A stretch of DNA of 64,000 bases from the human T2T-CHM13v2.0 reference genome, Homo sapiens: the NCBI RefSeq assembly GCF_009914755.1, contig NC_060927.1; one strand, written 5' to 3'. Of this stretch, positions 1-23,520 are shown piece by piece. The notes under the pieces are model-generated. The model was not told where the DNA came from. It searched no databases and saw only the letters and a program-made list of their open reading frames with translations. Position numbers and translations under genes: made by a program. Within the stretch, counting starts at the first letter, position 1. Every line of letters starts with the position of its first letter.

Positions 1-30
1 TGAGAAATTAAGCATTAAAAAGAAAAATCA

Positions 31-348
31 GGCCTGGCATGGTGGTTTGACTACTCCCATGCCTGTAATCCCAGAACTTTGGGAGGCCAAGGTGGGGCGG
101 GATCACCTGAGCCCAAGAGTTTGAGACCAGCCTGGGAAACATGGAGAAACCCTGTCTTTACAAAAAATACAAAAATTAGCCAGGCATGGTGGCATGAGCC
201 TGCAGTCCCAGCCACTCAGGAGGCTGAGGTGGGAGGATAGCTTGAGCCTGGGAGTTCAAGGCTACAGTAAGCCATAATGGCGCCATTGCACTCCAGCCTG
301 GGCAACAGAAAGAGACCCTGTCTCAAAAAAAGAGAAGAAAAAGAAAAA
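31..348 (+). mobile_element. Alu (AluJ-like)
   Basis: Two-arm Alu with A-tail, flanked by an AAAAAGAAAAATCA target-site duplication. Confidence 0.85.
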
Positions 349-856
349 TCATTTTTCTAATTATATCATTCTTTCTGCATTTATTAGCTGGAATTCTTTT
401 ATAAAAAACTGTCCATCTACAATCATTTGGTTGCCCTGAAAAATAGTTCATATAGGAAAAGTGGGATAAATGCTTTTCTCCCTTTATTTACCAGTTTCAG
501 AATGAGTTGGTACCCTGGGATTCAGCAAATTTTGTAAATGACTCATGGATTTAAAAAAATACAGTCGGTGTACTTTAATCATTACAATATTTTTTTCTGA
601 ATGCTCTGATTTCCCATATTCAAAAAGTGGGAGCCCATGTAGTCAGTGATTATCGATGGAGCAAAAAAACACTAGGAGAAAGGATAGATCTGGCCAAGGT
701 TTTTTTAAATCTCATTTACCAATCCCAACATCATTAAAAGTGGGACAGCCAGATTTTATGTGCCTCCTGATGTGATGCAAAAGGAAGTACACAGCAACAC
801 GAGTGAAGAACTTTTACCCAAAAATATTGAATCTGAATTTAAGCAAGCCTCTAAAC

Positions 857-1691
<835 letters not shown>

Positions 1692-2872
1692 CTCTCGATC
1701 TACCAGTTCTAATTTTTGTATTTTTAGTAGAGATGGGGTTTCACCATGTTGGCCAGGCTGATCTCGAACTTCTGGCCTCAAGTCATCTGTCTGCCTCTGC
1801 CTCCCAAAATGCTGGAATTACAGTCATGAGCCATTGTGCCCGGCCCATTTCCCACTTTTCTAATAGCTTTCCAGCTTCCAGGCTTTTGTTGCTGTTGCCT
1901 TCTCTCGTGTTCTTCCTCTCCGTATGCCTTTTAACAATTTAGTGGGGTTTCAGGAGGGAGAAAAAACAAATACTTGTTTTCAATTCACCATAGTCCTACA
2001 ATATTTTTTTAAATGGTTGAAAGTCCTGTCTTTTGGAGAATGTGCTCAATAATGCTTCTTCTCCCCATTCCACATCCCCCACTCCCATGCCTCCCTAGGC
2101 TTTTGCTCCATGGCACCTGATATCACTCCCTTAAGGCCTTAGACTGCAGAGACAGATCAAGGCGTGATTTGTCTGGGCAACTGCCTATGCTACTCACCTC
2201 CAACAAGCCCCAAAACATTCCTGGAAAGCTAACAAGATGAAGAGTTTTATCTACCAAAACTCTGGAGAGAGTTTTATATGGGATTGGAAAGAGCTTTTGG
2301 AAATACCAGTTGGTTTGGGGGCTGGAGGCAGGACTGATGGAGAACCAATCCAAAGGACAAGTTCACTAACAATAGAAGGTGACTCAACTGTTTTCCAACA
2401 GGAGTAGGTCCTATTAGATGCAGGGTTCTGCTTGTGCTAAGCAGTGTAAGGAGTCAGGTCCGAAATAAAATTTCCTGGACCACAGAGGAAAGGCTGATAT
2501 TCCAGTAAAGTCTTTGTCCAATGCCTTTGCCCAGACACTGCTCAGTCTCTCCTCTGTAGACAGACTGAACACAAATTTTAAAGTATTAATTTCAAAGGAT
2601 AAGAAAATCACCCAACTAGGGTGTCCACAGGTCTCTATCTTCTGAGTCTGTGGCTTATCCCTTACTATAATATCTTGAGGGCATGGCCTTGCCCCACCTA
2701 TCTTTCTGCTTCTCACATGTGGTGGTTGGTTGAAAGAAAGGTAAGCTCTTCTCATCTGAAAGTATCCAAGGACCCATTTTAATAACACTGAATAACTGAA
2801 AGTTGTCAGATAATCTTCGGGATGTAGGCAGGCCAGAATCATCACTGTCAAAAACATCAGCAGGCTGGGCAT

Positions 2873-3355
<483 letters not shown>

Positions 3356-3868
3356 TTATGCCATGGTAGCCACTATACCAAGTGAAGACCACAGACCAAA
3401 CTCTGTGTACCCAGATAGCTAACCAAGTAAAAAAGACAAATACTTAGATGACCAGGAGCATGCAGTACAGAAATAAATATCAGTTGATTTTTTTAAAAGA
3501 GAAAAACTTAAATAATGCAAGTACAGGAGGAAGGACGATTTATCTTCATTCAACATTTCTGTAACACTATTCTTTAAATTCCTTATGATAACGTAAGTTG
3601 TTCTTAAAATAGTCTTCTAAGAAGGGTATTAATATCTGCATTTTACAGAAAGGAAAACTAAAGAAATTAAAAGTTAAGCAATCTGCTATATAACCACTTG
3701 GTCAAAAGGCTAAGACTAGAAAACAGAGACAAGTTCAGAATAGGCTTGGCTGTGTGTCTCTTGGACCCTGAGCTTAGTCCTGGATTCTGATGCTCAAGGA
3801 TAATGTCACTGGAGACCACTGGGAGCATTATCTATTACATATGCTTACAGACAGACAGGTTTATACAG

Positions 3869-3897
3869 CAACAACAACAATAACAACAACAACAACA
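3869..3897 (+). repeat. (CAA)n microsatellite, imperfect
   Basis: Direct reading. Confidence 0.85.
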
Positions 3898-4192
3898 AAA
3901 AACACTGCAGCAGAAGTTGTTTTCCATTTCACCTTCAGTGGAACTGATTCTTACCTTGTCTAAGGGTAAGAATCTGAGAATGCCAATGAGGTGTGTCATA
4001 TATGACACTAATCTATCCTGATAACATAGGAGGGGCAGCATGGACTATTTACAGTCCAACCTTGGATACACACATATATATATGCCCTCACACAGATACC
4101 TTTGCCCACACAGGGAATTGCACATTCTCAAAAATGTATACATACACAAAGAGTAAACCAATAAATATGCTCACTCAAGTCCATGCAGCTGC

Positions 4193-4193
<1 letters not shown>

Positions 4194-4225
<32 letters not shown>
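4194..4225 (+). repeat. (AC)16 microsatellite
   Basis: Direct reading. Confidence 0.95.
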
Positions 4226-4227
<2 letters not shown>

Positions 4228-4447
4228 CTCTGTCTTGATTTCCCCATTTTGAATGAGCACAGCCATTCATCTATGAACCCATCAATGCTCTATCTGACCC
4301 TTGCCCTTAGCAGAAGCTACTTCTCTCAGTCTCTGAGTCAGCCCTGAGAGGGTAGATATATAATCAGTAGCCTTCACATTCACAGTCCTGACTACCTACT
4401 ACACCCACATGGATGGGCTAATTCTGGTATCTCCCATACCCTTAGAA

Positions 4448-4672
4448 CAGTGGTTCTCAACCAAGGGTGATTTTTCCCCTAGGGAATATTTAGCAAAGTC
4501 TATAAACATTTTTGATTGTCACAATTCTGCAGGAAGGGAAAAGGGTTTTTCTGGCATCTGTTAGGTGGTGGCCAGGGATGCTGCTAAACAGTCTAGAACG
4601 GACAGGTCTGTACCCCACAACAATGAGTTATTCAGCCCAAAATGTCAGTAATGCCAAGGTTGGGAAACCTTG
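4448..4672 (+). mobile_element. MER20 (hAT-Charlie MITE)
   Basis: CAGTGGTTCTCAACC ... GGTTGGGAAACCTTG termini, internal GGCCAGGGATGCTGCTAAACA and CCCAAAATGTCA motifs. Confidence 0.8.
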
Positions 4673-5498
4673 TCTTGGGGGGAGCAATGGGCAACTGTCC
4701 TGCCCTTAGCCACCTGCTAATAAACCACCTAGGCTGCTTCCTCTGAGATAACTGGCCATGGATACCAGGGACACAGCTACTTGGACCTGAGTGGGCAGGC
4801 ACCTATTCCTAGGGCAGACAATATGCAGATTATCCATTTTCCCCTGAGGCAAACTGGTGAGAAAGCTATGCCAACAGGGACCACAGCAATTTTCTGGACC
4901 AGACCATCTCTCAGCAGTTTGAACTGGAAGTTAGGGGCAACTGATAGTGGGAGCAAAAGATGAAAAACAATGAAAGAGCAGCTACAGGGGCCACAGGGCC
5001 AGATTCAGCTGAAGTCATCAGGTCGAGAAAGAGATACACAGAGTGAAGGCAGTTGCTTGGGAAAGCAGCAGGAGTGACTGAAGCTGAAGAGGAGGGACTG
5101 GGGCGCCGTGCTATTAGATGATCAGTAAATCTATTAGTACAAGTCAATGAGCCAGCCTGGGCAACATGGTGAAACCCTGTCTCTAACAAAAAGACAAAAA
5201 ATTAGCCAGGTGTGGTTGCATGCACCTGTGCTCCCAGCTACTCAGGAGGCTGAGGGGGGAGGATCGCTTGAGGTGGAGATTGTAGTGAACTGAGATCATG
5301 CCACTGCACTCCAGCCTGGGTGACAGAGTAAGAACACGTTTAAAAAAAAGAAAGAAAGAAAGAGTCAAGGAGAACCAAGCTGTCCTGGGGGATCATCCAC
5401 CTTGTTCCCAAGCTGTAGGAGGCCTGGCTGCAAGGTGGTTTCTGCACACTTGTGAGTCCTACTTCCCTTGTCGGTGCCTGGGACTTGATGATAGACTC

Positions 5499-5950
5499 TC
5501 TTGTGGGCTGAACTGTGCCCCCCAGTAAGGATATGTTGAAGTCTTCACTCCCACTACTTCAGAATATGGCCTTATTTGCAAGTAGGGTTGTTGCAGGTAT
5601 AATTAGTTAAAATGAGGTCATTCTGGAATAGGGGGAGCCCCTAATGTAATATGACTTGTATCCTTTTAAGAAAATGGCCATGTGCAGACACAGAGAAACA
5701 GAGAATGCCACATGAAGATGGAGGCAGAGATTAGAGTGATGTATCTGCAAGCCAACCGTTGCCAGCTGTCGCCAGAAGCCAGGAGAGAGGTGTGGAATAG
5801 ATTCTCCCTCAGAGCCCTCAGAAAGAATGAATCCTGACAACACCTTAATTTTGGACGTCTAGCCTCCAGAACTGTGAGAGAATAAGTATCTGTTGTTTGA
5901 AGCCACCCATTTGTGGTACTCTGTTACAGTAGGCCTAGCACACTAATGCA
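5499..5950 (+). mobile_element. MaLR solo LTR (MLT1B/C-like)
   Basis: TGTGGGCTGAACTGTGCCCCCC start, GCCTCCAGAACTGTGAGAGAATA and TTGTGGTACTCTGTTACAG end motifs. Confidence 0.8.
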
Positions 5951-6739
5951 GACCCCATTACCCATAGTAACCCAAGTGCATCCCTGTTCCTGACAATATT
6001 TCAGCCCTTGCCCTCGAATTTATAAGGCTCTAGGACTCTGGCTCTCTTCTGACTATGCCCCTCCATAGGGGATGAGGAGTCTACCAGCCCAAGGGGATGT
6101 GCCCATCTAGAGTCCACACCTAGCTTCTAGAACACATTTGGGGTACCTAGACCCCAAAATTTCCTGCCAAAACAGCTCTGAGACTTGTTTAAGAGTCTGG
6201 TCAGGCCTGGTTCTTGTGTCTATCTTTCTGAGAGTGGGCCACGTAGCAGTGCACATACCCCCAGGTTCAACGATTGACCAAGGGCCAGCTATTTGCCAGC
6301 AACTAGGGAAGCTGTGGACAGAACTTGGATTTATGGCCTCGGGTGTCCACACACATGTGTACTTTATTCTATGGGACAGAGGTGAGGATATGAAGAGAAA
6401 GGGAGCAGGCTATGGGCTCTGGATCTCCATTTGAACTCTTGCCCCAGCTCCCAGGACAGTCAGGGGTGGACCTATCACTCTTACCCCCACAGGTCAGGAT
6501 TAATGTCCAAGGAATAGGTCCTGGGCATCTTCATGCATCACTCTGTTCCTCCTGTAGGCCCCAGCCACAGGGACTACTGCCTGTTTCTCTTTTTGTGCTC
6601 TGACCCATCCCCCTCTGGGTGGCGCTCTACACAACCAACCTCAGCAGCTGGGTCAACTCCTGCTCCCCCTTCCTTCTTCCCCTTCATTATCACCTCCACA
6701 AAGGGGATCTGCACCAGATTTCTTAAGAATCCTGACTTA

Positions 6740-6895
6740 TGGGGGGAGGGAGGAGGGAAAGCATTAGGAGATATACTTAATGTAAATGACAAGTTAATGG
6801 GTGCAGCACACCAACATGGCACTTGTATACATATGTAACAAACCTGCACATTGTGCACATGCACCCTACAACTTAAAGTATAATAAGAAAAAAAA
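6740..6895 (+). mobile_element. L1PA 3' end, heavily 5'-truncated
   Basis: GGGTGCAGCACACCAACATGGCAC...ACTTAAAGTATAATAA plus A-tail; 15-bp TSD AAGAATCCTG(A/G)CTTA at 6725-6739 and 6896-6910. Confidence 0.92.
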
Positions 6896-6929
6896 AAGAA
6901 TCCTGGCTTACTCCTGTAACTGGGGCCCC

Positions 6930-7250
6930 CAGATGTCTCAAAACAGAGGTCACATTCAGCTGTCTACAGAGGTCAGGCAAATATCACAACTAAATGTGTC
7001 TGGCCAGGTAGGTATAAGTGCCCGGGAGAGGTAAGGTCTACAGCAAACTGGGACAGCCAGACTCCTTCTAAAGTGGCTCCAGCTAATTGTTGCCATGGAG
7101 ATGGTGGGCTTGATGTCAAAAAACTTTTGATTTTCTGATAGAAACTGGAAAACTTGATTTAATTATGTGAAAGTTCCTGTTCAACTAATTCAAAATTTCG
7201 ACACAGTGTCTACCAAATAAAACTCAGCCACAGACAAGCCAGAGAGTTTG
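6930..7250. mobile_element. Old hAT MITE (MER103-like)
   Basis: CTCCAGCTAATTGTTGCCATGG...GAAACTGGAAAACTTGATTT resembles recalled consensus; diverged. Confidence 0.5.
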
Positions 7251-8258
7251 GCAAGTTTATTACCACAAATAAAACCAACTACCTCTATCAGATCTAGTTG
7301 GCAAGCTGAGGAAGCCTGAAGCTATCCTACACCTGGTTTGCCCTGAACTTACTGAACTCCAGTTTGAAGAACTAGTGGTATTTTCATGAATTGTTATTTT
7401 TGTGGCCTGATATGACATTCCCACCTCCTTCTATCTGGCAAACTCCAAAACTTGTGATGAGTCCTTCATGACTCATCTTTATCATCACCTCCCATGTGTA
7501 AACCTGGACTTTCCCAGATAGACAGCCCAGCCTCCCCATTTTCACCACTCCCTGCTCAATACTCCTTATTCATGCCTCTATTACAGCCCTTATCACATCA
7601 TTTTATAACTGTCTGTCATCTGTCACTAGAGGGTGAGCACCTCAAAGTCTAGGATTTTATCTTGTTCATTCTGTGTTCCCAGCTCCCTGGCACTTTACTG
7701 ACACAATGCTTGTGGAATGAATGAATAAACAGCACAGATCAGTAATTAAACCAATGTCAGGAAGCTACTAGATATAATTACAAATTAGTATTCATGACAA
7801 TAAGTTTATCATCATAAGAGCTTAGGAGTGGAGGAAAACAATTTTCAGCAGGATGGCTAAGGAATTTGCATTTGAACTGGGAAACTAATTCTCATAGGTA
7901 AGGGGAGGAAAAAGGAAGAACAGTCTGGAAATGAAACTAAAGTCCCAAAGGTCAGAAAGCCTGCGGTGGTCTCTGACAGCGAGAACGGTAGGGGTGGCAA
8001 GTAAGACAACAAATGAAATAAAATAATTATAATAAAGTATTCTTAAAGGGGAACTGTGAGGAGACAGTTGTGTAGGGACAACTGAGGTGGTGGGATAAGA
8101 ATAAGAAAGTGCTTCGAGGACTCTGCTGACAGCCATCTTGAACCACTGCCACACTTGTAAAGGTGTTTGTTTCCTATGGTGATATCACTGTTGCTTCTTT
8201 TCCCTAGCTTCAGTCCTGCAGAGACTTTACACTAGGAGCTGCTCCTTCCATTTAGGTA

Positions 8259-8277
8259 TGCCGCCACCGTGCGGTGG
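8259..8277 (-). promoter_or_regulatory. Candidate CTCF site about 34.7 kb upstream of the MLH1 ATG
   Basis: Minus strand CCACCGCACGGTGGCGGCA resembles the CTCF core, in unique sequence with retained CpGs; distance matches a reported -35 kb CTCF-bound MLH1 enhancer (recall). Confidence 0.55.
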
Positions 8278-8755
8278 GAGTGTGCAGCTACATGACTTAC
8301 TGGCAGGCTCACATTTTACCTTAACATAAGTGGATGGAAATTGTTCTCAAGCTCAGCACGTTTACAGATCCAACTTTAATGACATCTAAATATCATACAG
8401 AGATTTATCTTTACATTAGCTGGGGTCAAGCAAAGAAGACCATACGCAACTCAGTTCACAATCAACCAGGCCCTCCCTCCTTCATGTGTATTCCTTCTGT
8501 GTTTTCCTCCTCTTTAGGAACAGAGGTTTATTCAACTTTGCTTCCTCCATAGGGCCTTACATACTGCAGGTGCTTTAAAAAAATCTCTGCTTAGTGGACT
8601 TATATAAAGATGATATAGCACGTTTGTTTTTTAAAGTTCCAAAAACATTTTATCACTTTTTCAGAAAAGTGAGAGTAGAAATTTTTCACCCATAATTCCA
8701 CCGCCCTAAAACAGTGACTATTAATGATTAGCAAACAATTCAAAATAACTATCCT

Positions 8756-10884
<2,129 letters not shown>

Positions 10885-10904
10885 AAAATTTTATTATATT
10901 TCTT

Positions 10905-14190
<3,286 letters not shown>

Positions 14191-14690
14191 AAAAGTAGAA
14201 ACAACTGAAATGTCCACCAACTCATGAACAGATAAACAAAATGTGTATATAATGGGATATATTCAGCCATAAAATGAATGAAGTACAAACACATACAACA
14301 TGGATGAACCTTGGAAACTTTATGCTAAGTGAATACAGTCAGATACAAAAAGGGAACTATTGTATAATTCTATGCATGTGAGGTACACAGAATAGTCATT
14401 TTCATAAGGACAGGAAATGGAATAGTGGTTAGCAGGGGCTGAACAGAGGAGAAGATTGGCAGTTATTATTTAATGGACATAGAGTGTTTTTCTTTGAATG
14501 ATTAATAAGTTATGGAACTAGATAGTGATAATCATGAATGTACTTAATACCACTGAATTGTACATTTTAAAATTGTTAAAATGGGGCTGGGAACAGTGGC
14601 TCATGCCTGTAATCTAATCCTAGCACTTTGGGAGGACAAGGAGGGAGGATGGCATGAGCCTTGGAGTTCGAAGTTACAGTGAACTCTGAT

Positions 14691-15419
14691 TGTAACCACC
14701 CAATGTGTTCACCTTGCCCGCTGCCTAGACAGAGCCGATTTATCAAGACAGGATAACTGCAATGGAGAAAGAGTAATTCACACAGAGCTGGCTGTGCAGG
14801 AAACCGGAGTTTTATTATTACTCAAATCAGTCTCCCCAAGCATTCGGGGATCAGGGTTTTTAAAGATAATTTGGCAGGTAGGAGTTTGGGAAGTGGGGAG
14901 TGCTGATTGGTCAGGTTAGAGATGGAATCATAGGTGGTTGAAGTGAGTTTTTCTTGCTGTCTTCTGTTCTTGGGTGTGATGGCAGAACTGGTTGAGCCAG
15001 ATTCCTGGTCTGAGTGGTGTCAGCTGATCCATTGAGTGTAGGGTCTGCAAATATCTCAAGCACTGATCTTAGGTTTTACAATAGTGATGTTATCCCCAGA
15101 AGCAATTAGGGGAAGTTCAGACTCTAGGCGCCAGAGGTGGCATGATCCCTAAACTGTAATTTCTAATCTTGTAGCTAATTTGTTAGTTCGCAAAGGCAGA
15201 CTGGTCCCCAGGCAAGAAGGGGGTCTTTTCAGGAAAGGGCTGTTATTAATTTTGTTTCAGAGTCAAACCATGAACTGAATTCCTTCCCAAGGTTAGTTTG
15301 GCCTACTCGCAGGAATGAACAAAGACAGCTTAAAGGTTAGAAGCAAGATGGAGTTATTTAGGTCTGATTGCTTTCATTGTCATAATTTCCTCAGTCACAA
15401 TTTTGCCAAGGCGGTTTCA
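14691..15419 (-). mobile_element. Solo LTR8 (ERV1 class) inserted in an Alu monomer (14585-15480)
   Basis: TG...CA ends (TGAAACCGCC / GGTGGTTACA on - strand), internal AATAAA, 4-bp TSD TGAT at 14687-14690 and 15420-15423. Confidence 0.85.
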
Positions 15420-15807
15420 TGATCATGCAACTGCACTCCAGCCTGGGCAACAGAGCAAGACCTTGCCTCTAAAAAAAGTAAATAAAATGGTTAAAATGGA
15501 AATTTTTATATTATGTGTATTTTACCATGATAAAAAAAATGAAAGAAAACTGGTCTAGCTTTATTAATATGAGACAAAACAGAATTTAGGACAAAAAAAT
15601 TAGAGAGGACCACTTAATTATGATAAAAGCTTCAAGTCATCAGGAATAATTAACATTGGTACAAAATATGTATGTACCAAATATTATTGCCTTGACATGT
15701 ATAAAGCAAAAGCTGTCAGAATCACAGAGAAACTCACAATCCTTGCGGGAGATTTGAACAAAATTATCTCAGTAACTGATAGAACAAGCAGTCAAAAATT
15801 TTCTTTC

Positions 15808-16782
<975 letters not shown>

Positions 16783-17366
16783 TCTTTTTTTTTGAGACAG
16801 AGTCTCGTAATTGTGGATATTTCTAAGAGGAAAGAGGAACATTGGAATTGGAAAGAGACCAGTGGGCCAAAGGTGGAAAATGTTGATGTAGACTTCTAAG
16901 ATTTTGACAAAATTTTGTTTTATGGCCTGGTGGTTATATAAATATTTACTGTATAACAATTCATTAAGATACACATTTGTGTTTTTTGTATATATGTGTT
17001 CTATTTCACAATCTTAAATGTTCCTTAATTAATTAATGGAGCACACCTTCAGAGTTGGGTGGGAAAATAATTCTGCCTAGAAATCCAAACTTAGACAAGC
17101 TAGCTATCAAGACTGAGGACAAACTAAAGCCATTCTTACACCTGTAAGGATTCAGGGTTTATCTACTATTTATGCTATCTGAAGGAGACAATTGAATATG
17201 TTGGCCAGGAAACCAAGTGTGAGGAGTATGTAGAAAACAGAAGATGATAGTACTAACCCTGTTAATCTAATAAAAAGAAACCCCAGGATGACTGCTTGCA
17301 GTGGGGTTTGAAAGAAATCTATTCAAATTAAAACAGGAGGTCCATGTGCTCCAAAAAGATATTCTT

Positions 17367-17560
17367 TTTTTTTAAATATATATATATCTTTTATTATACT
17401 TTAAGTTCTAGGGTACATGTACACAACGTGCAGGTTTGTTACATATGCATACATGTGCCATGTTGGTGTGCTGCACCCATTAACTCCTCATTTACATTAG
17501 GTATGTCTCCTAATGCTATCCCTCCCCCCTCCCCTACCCCATAACAGGCCCCAGTGTGTG
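17367..17560 (-). mobile_element. L1PA 3' end with poly(A); 3' half of a U6atac/L1 chimera
   Basis: TTATTATACTTTAAGTTCTAGGGTACATG...CTAATGCTATCCCTCCCCCC; left TSD AAAGATATTCTT at 17355-17366. Confidence 0.92.
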
Positions 17561-17686
17561 AAAAAACGATAGTTAGATGCCACGAACTAGGTGGCAATGC
17601 CTTAACCGTATGTGTGTTGTCAGGCCTGAGGGCCTCTTCCATCCTTGTCAAGGGGAGTACTAACCTTCTCCCCTTTCATACAACAC
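17561..17686 (-). pseudogene. Full-length U6atac (minor spliceosome) snRNA retrocopy
   Basis: Reverse complement reads GTGTTGTATGAAAGGGGAGAAGGTTAGTACTCCCCTTGACAAGGATGGAAGAGGCCCTC...GCATCTAACTATCGTTTTTT, about 6 substitutions versus recalled RNU6ATAC; right TSD at 17687-17698. Confidence 0.93.
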
Positions 17687-17904
17687 AAAGATATTCTTAA
17701 GACTTCTAGAATAGACCCTGAACAATTTTAGAGTAAGGAACTAATAGATATCAGTGCTTTCATGAAGAAGGCTTTTGCTTCTCCTGATGAGGGAAAAATT
17801 ATAAAAATTCTAAGACAGGAAAGTTATGATCCAAACTTGAAATAAACAAATGTGGTATGAATTTGGGCAACTGTGGTTCTTTAAGAAAAGAGAATCCACC
17901 ATGC

Positions 17905-19020
<1,116 letters not shown>

Positions 19021-19140
19021 TGAAGAAGGAAGGAAGGAAGAGAGGGAGGGAGGGAGCGTGGGCGGGGGGGGGGGGTGGAGGAGGAGGAGAGAAGGAGTGG
19101 GAGGAGTGGAGAAGGAGGGGGAGGAGGAGAAGGATAAAAG
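19021..19140 (+). repeat. Polypurine low-complexity tract with a G12 run (19064-19075)
   Basis: Direct reading; follows an Alu tail. Confidence 0.9.
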
Positions 19141-19769
19141 GTTACAAGTGGTTGTTACTAGGAATGGGGGAGAAGAGAAGTGGGTAATGGCACTGAAGCT
19201 TTTTATTATGTCTTTCAGCATTCTCTGATTGTTCTTAAACCATCAACAGATCTCAGTATGTAGACTAAAAGGGAATATTTGGTGAAGAGATCTTCTTTCA
19301 CTATTGTACACTTGCTATGGACATGTCCATGCCTGCTGCCTGGCAGGCACCATTCATTAAGTAGGCCCCTGTTGCCAAGGAAACCAGCTCTTCACTGATA
19401 CCAAAGATAATGCAGAGGCCTGCCGCTCACCAAGCAACCTTCCTCATGAGCTATGCCCCCACCTTCCTGAACTGTCTCTTGCTCCTGTTTGATACTGTCA
19501 TGCTGCACGAAGCTTACACTTGCTATCTCTCACTTCCCTCTTAGTCATCTGTGATGCTGGCTAAGGGAGCTAGGCCAGTCAGCAGTGACCTGTTGCCCTT
19601 GGTTTATTATAAGCAAACTGTTCACAAGAAATGAACTTCTGTTGTTTTATAAATGATATGCATCACAGAACACAGAATAATATCAAAACCACATTAGTTT
19701 TTTCATACTTGCTTCATTGACCCCAGGGGAAGAGGGGAGAGCAGGGAGAGGACTTTCTCTTTTTTTAAA

Positions 19770-22420
<2,651 letters not shown>

Positions 22421-23175
22421 TTATTCATTTTTCGAACCTTTTTAATATGGAATTTTCAAACACACACAAAAGATGAGAGATCTCCAGGTACCCACCACAA
22501 GCTTTAATAATGATTAACATTTGGTAGCAGGTGGACAAAGATATACCTTCTCTATAGCAGCTATAAGATCAGGGACAAACAAAGATCTATTTGGAACTCC
22601 AACTAAGAATGGTGTTTTGTAGGCTGCCTGATGAATAAGGTTAGATAACTAATGGCCAGTCTTTCAGCCTGTGCTCAAGGGATAGGATAACAATAAAGCA
22701 TAGTTGGTGAAGGAGCAGCAGATAAAGGTCACAATAGATAGGCCATAAGAGAACCCTCACTATCACTTACCATTCAGACCATTCGCTTCATATTCTAACA
22801 AGTTATTTTCCTTTCATAAAAGGAAGCTGAAGCTTTTATTTGTGTTTGTGGTGCATGTGATCCATGAGAGGGGACTCAACCAGGTGCTATGTGTGAGTAG
22901 TACTTAATCCGACAGTATTAGTGGGCTGGTGGGCTTTCCTGGTTACATGGGAACCCTAGAAACCCAAGCCAAGCACAAAAGCCAAGACTGAATTCTCCAG
23001 TAAGTCACCTGGTAGCCTTGACATGCTCATGCTTAAAAAAGAGCCAGTGACCTATTAATAGGAAGCTCCTGAAATGAGTCCTCTGAACATCTGCAAGTAT
23101 GGTCAGCTACACCTGAGCTGAGACTTGCCTGTTTCCCTGCCAGGAAATCATGGGCTCAGAAATGGCAGGTACCAT

Positions 23176-23433
23176 GTGTATTAACTATATTTCCTTACTT
23201 TCTGTCTTCTTGATGTTCTAGCATCAGGTGCCTCTTTGACCTAAGAGACTTCCCCTCCTAGGACTAGCTAATTCCTAGAAATATCAAACCACTCCCCTGT
23301 AAGCATGCCATTCCTATGCAAACCAACCAATCCAGAGCCCATACTCGAAACCACTTCCTTTACCTGGCTCTTCCACACCAGAGGGCAATGTTCCTCTGTC
23401 CTAATCATTCTCAGGGCTAGATATCAGATAACT
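23176..23433 (+). mobile_element. ERVL LTR fragment (MER74-like)
   Basis: TGTATTAAC start, GCTAATTCCTAGA and ATGCAAACCAACCAATCCAGAGCCC match recalled consensus. Confidence 0.65.
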
Positions 23434-23520
23434 ACAAATGCTCCTTGACTTATGGTGGGGTTACATCCTAATAAACCCATCATAAGTTGAAAATATCATA
23501 AGTCAAAAGTACATTTAAAT
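23434..23520 (+). mobile_element. TcMar-Tigger end (MER47/Tigger5-like) inserted after TA
   Basis: TA|CAAATGCTCCTTGACTTATGGTGGGGTTACATCC...AAGTTGAAAATATC. Confidence 0.6.

Noticed and set aside
2414-2872. 152-aa minus-strand ORF in non-Alu sequence
   Set aside because: Starts inside an Alu, has no recognisable domain and no supporting splice or promoter context
7089-7102. X-box-like GTTGCCATGGAGAT
   Set aside because: Lies in a MER103-like repeat whose recalled consensus already contains GTTGCCATG; no independent support
17561-17686. Functional U6atac gene
   Set aside because: TSD directly abuts the 5' end so there is no upstream Pol III promoter; fused to L1; key motifs mutated
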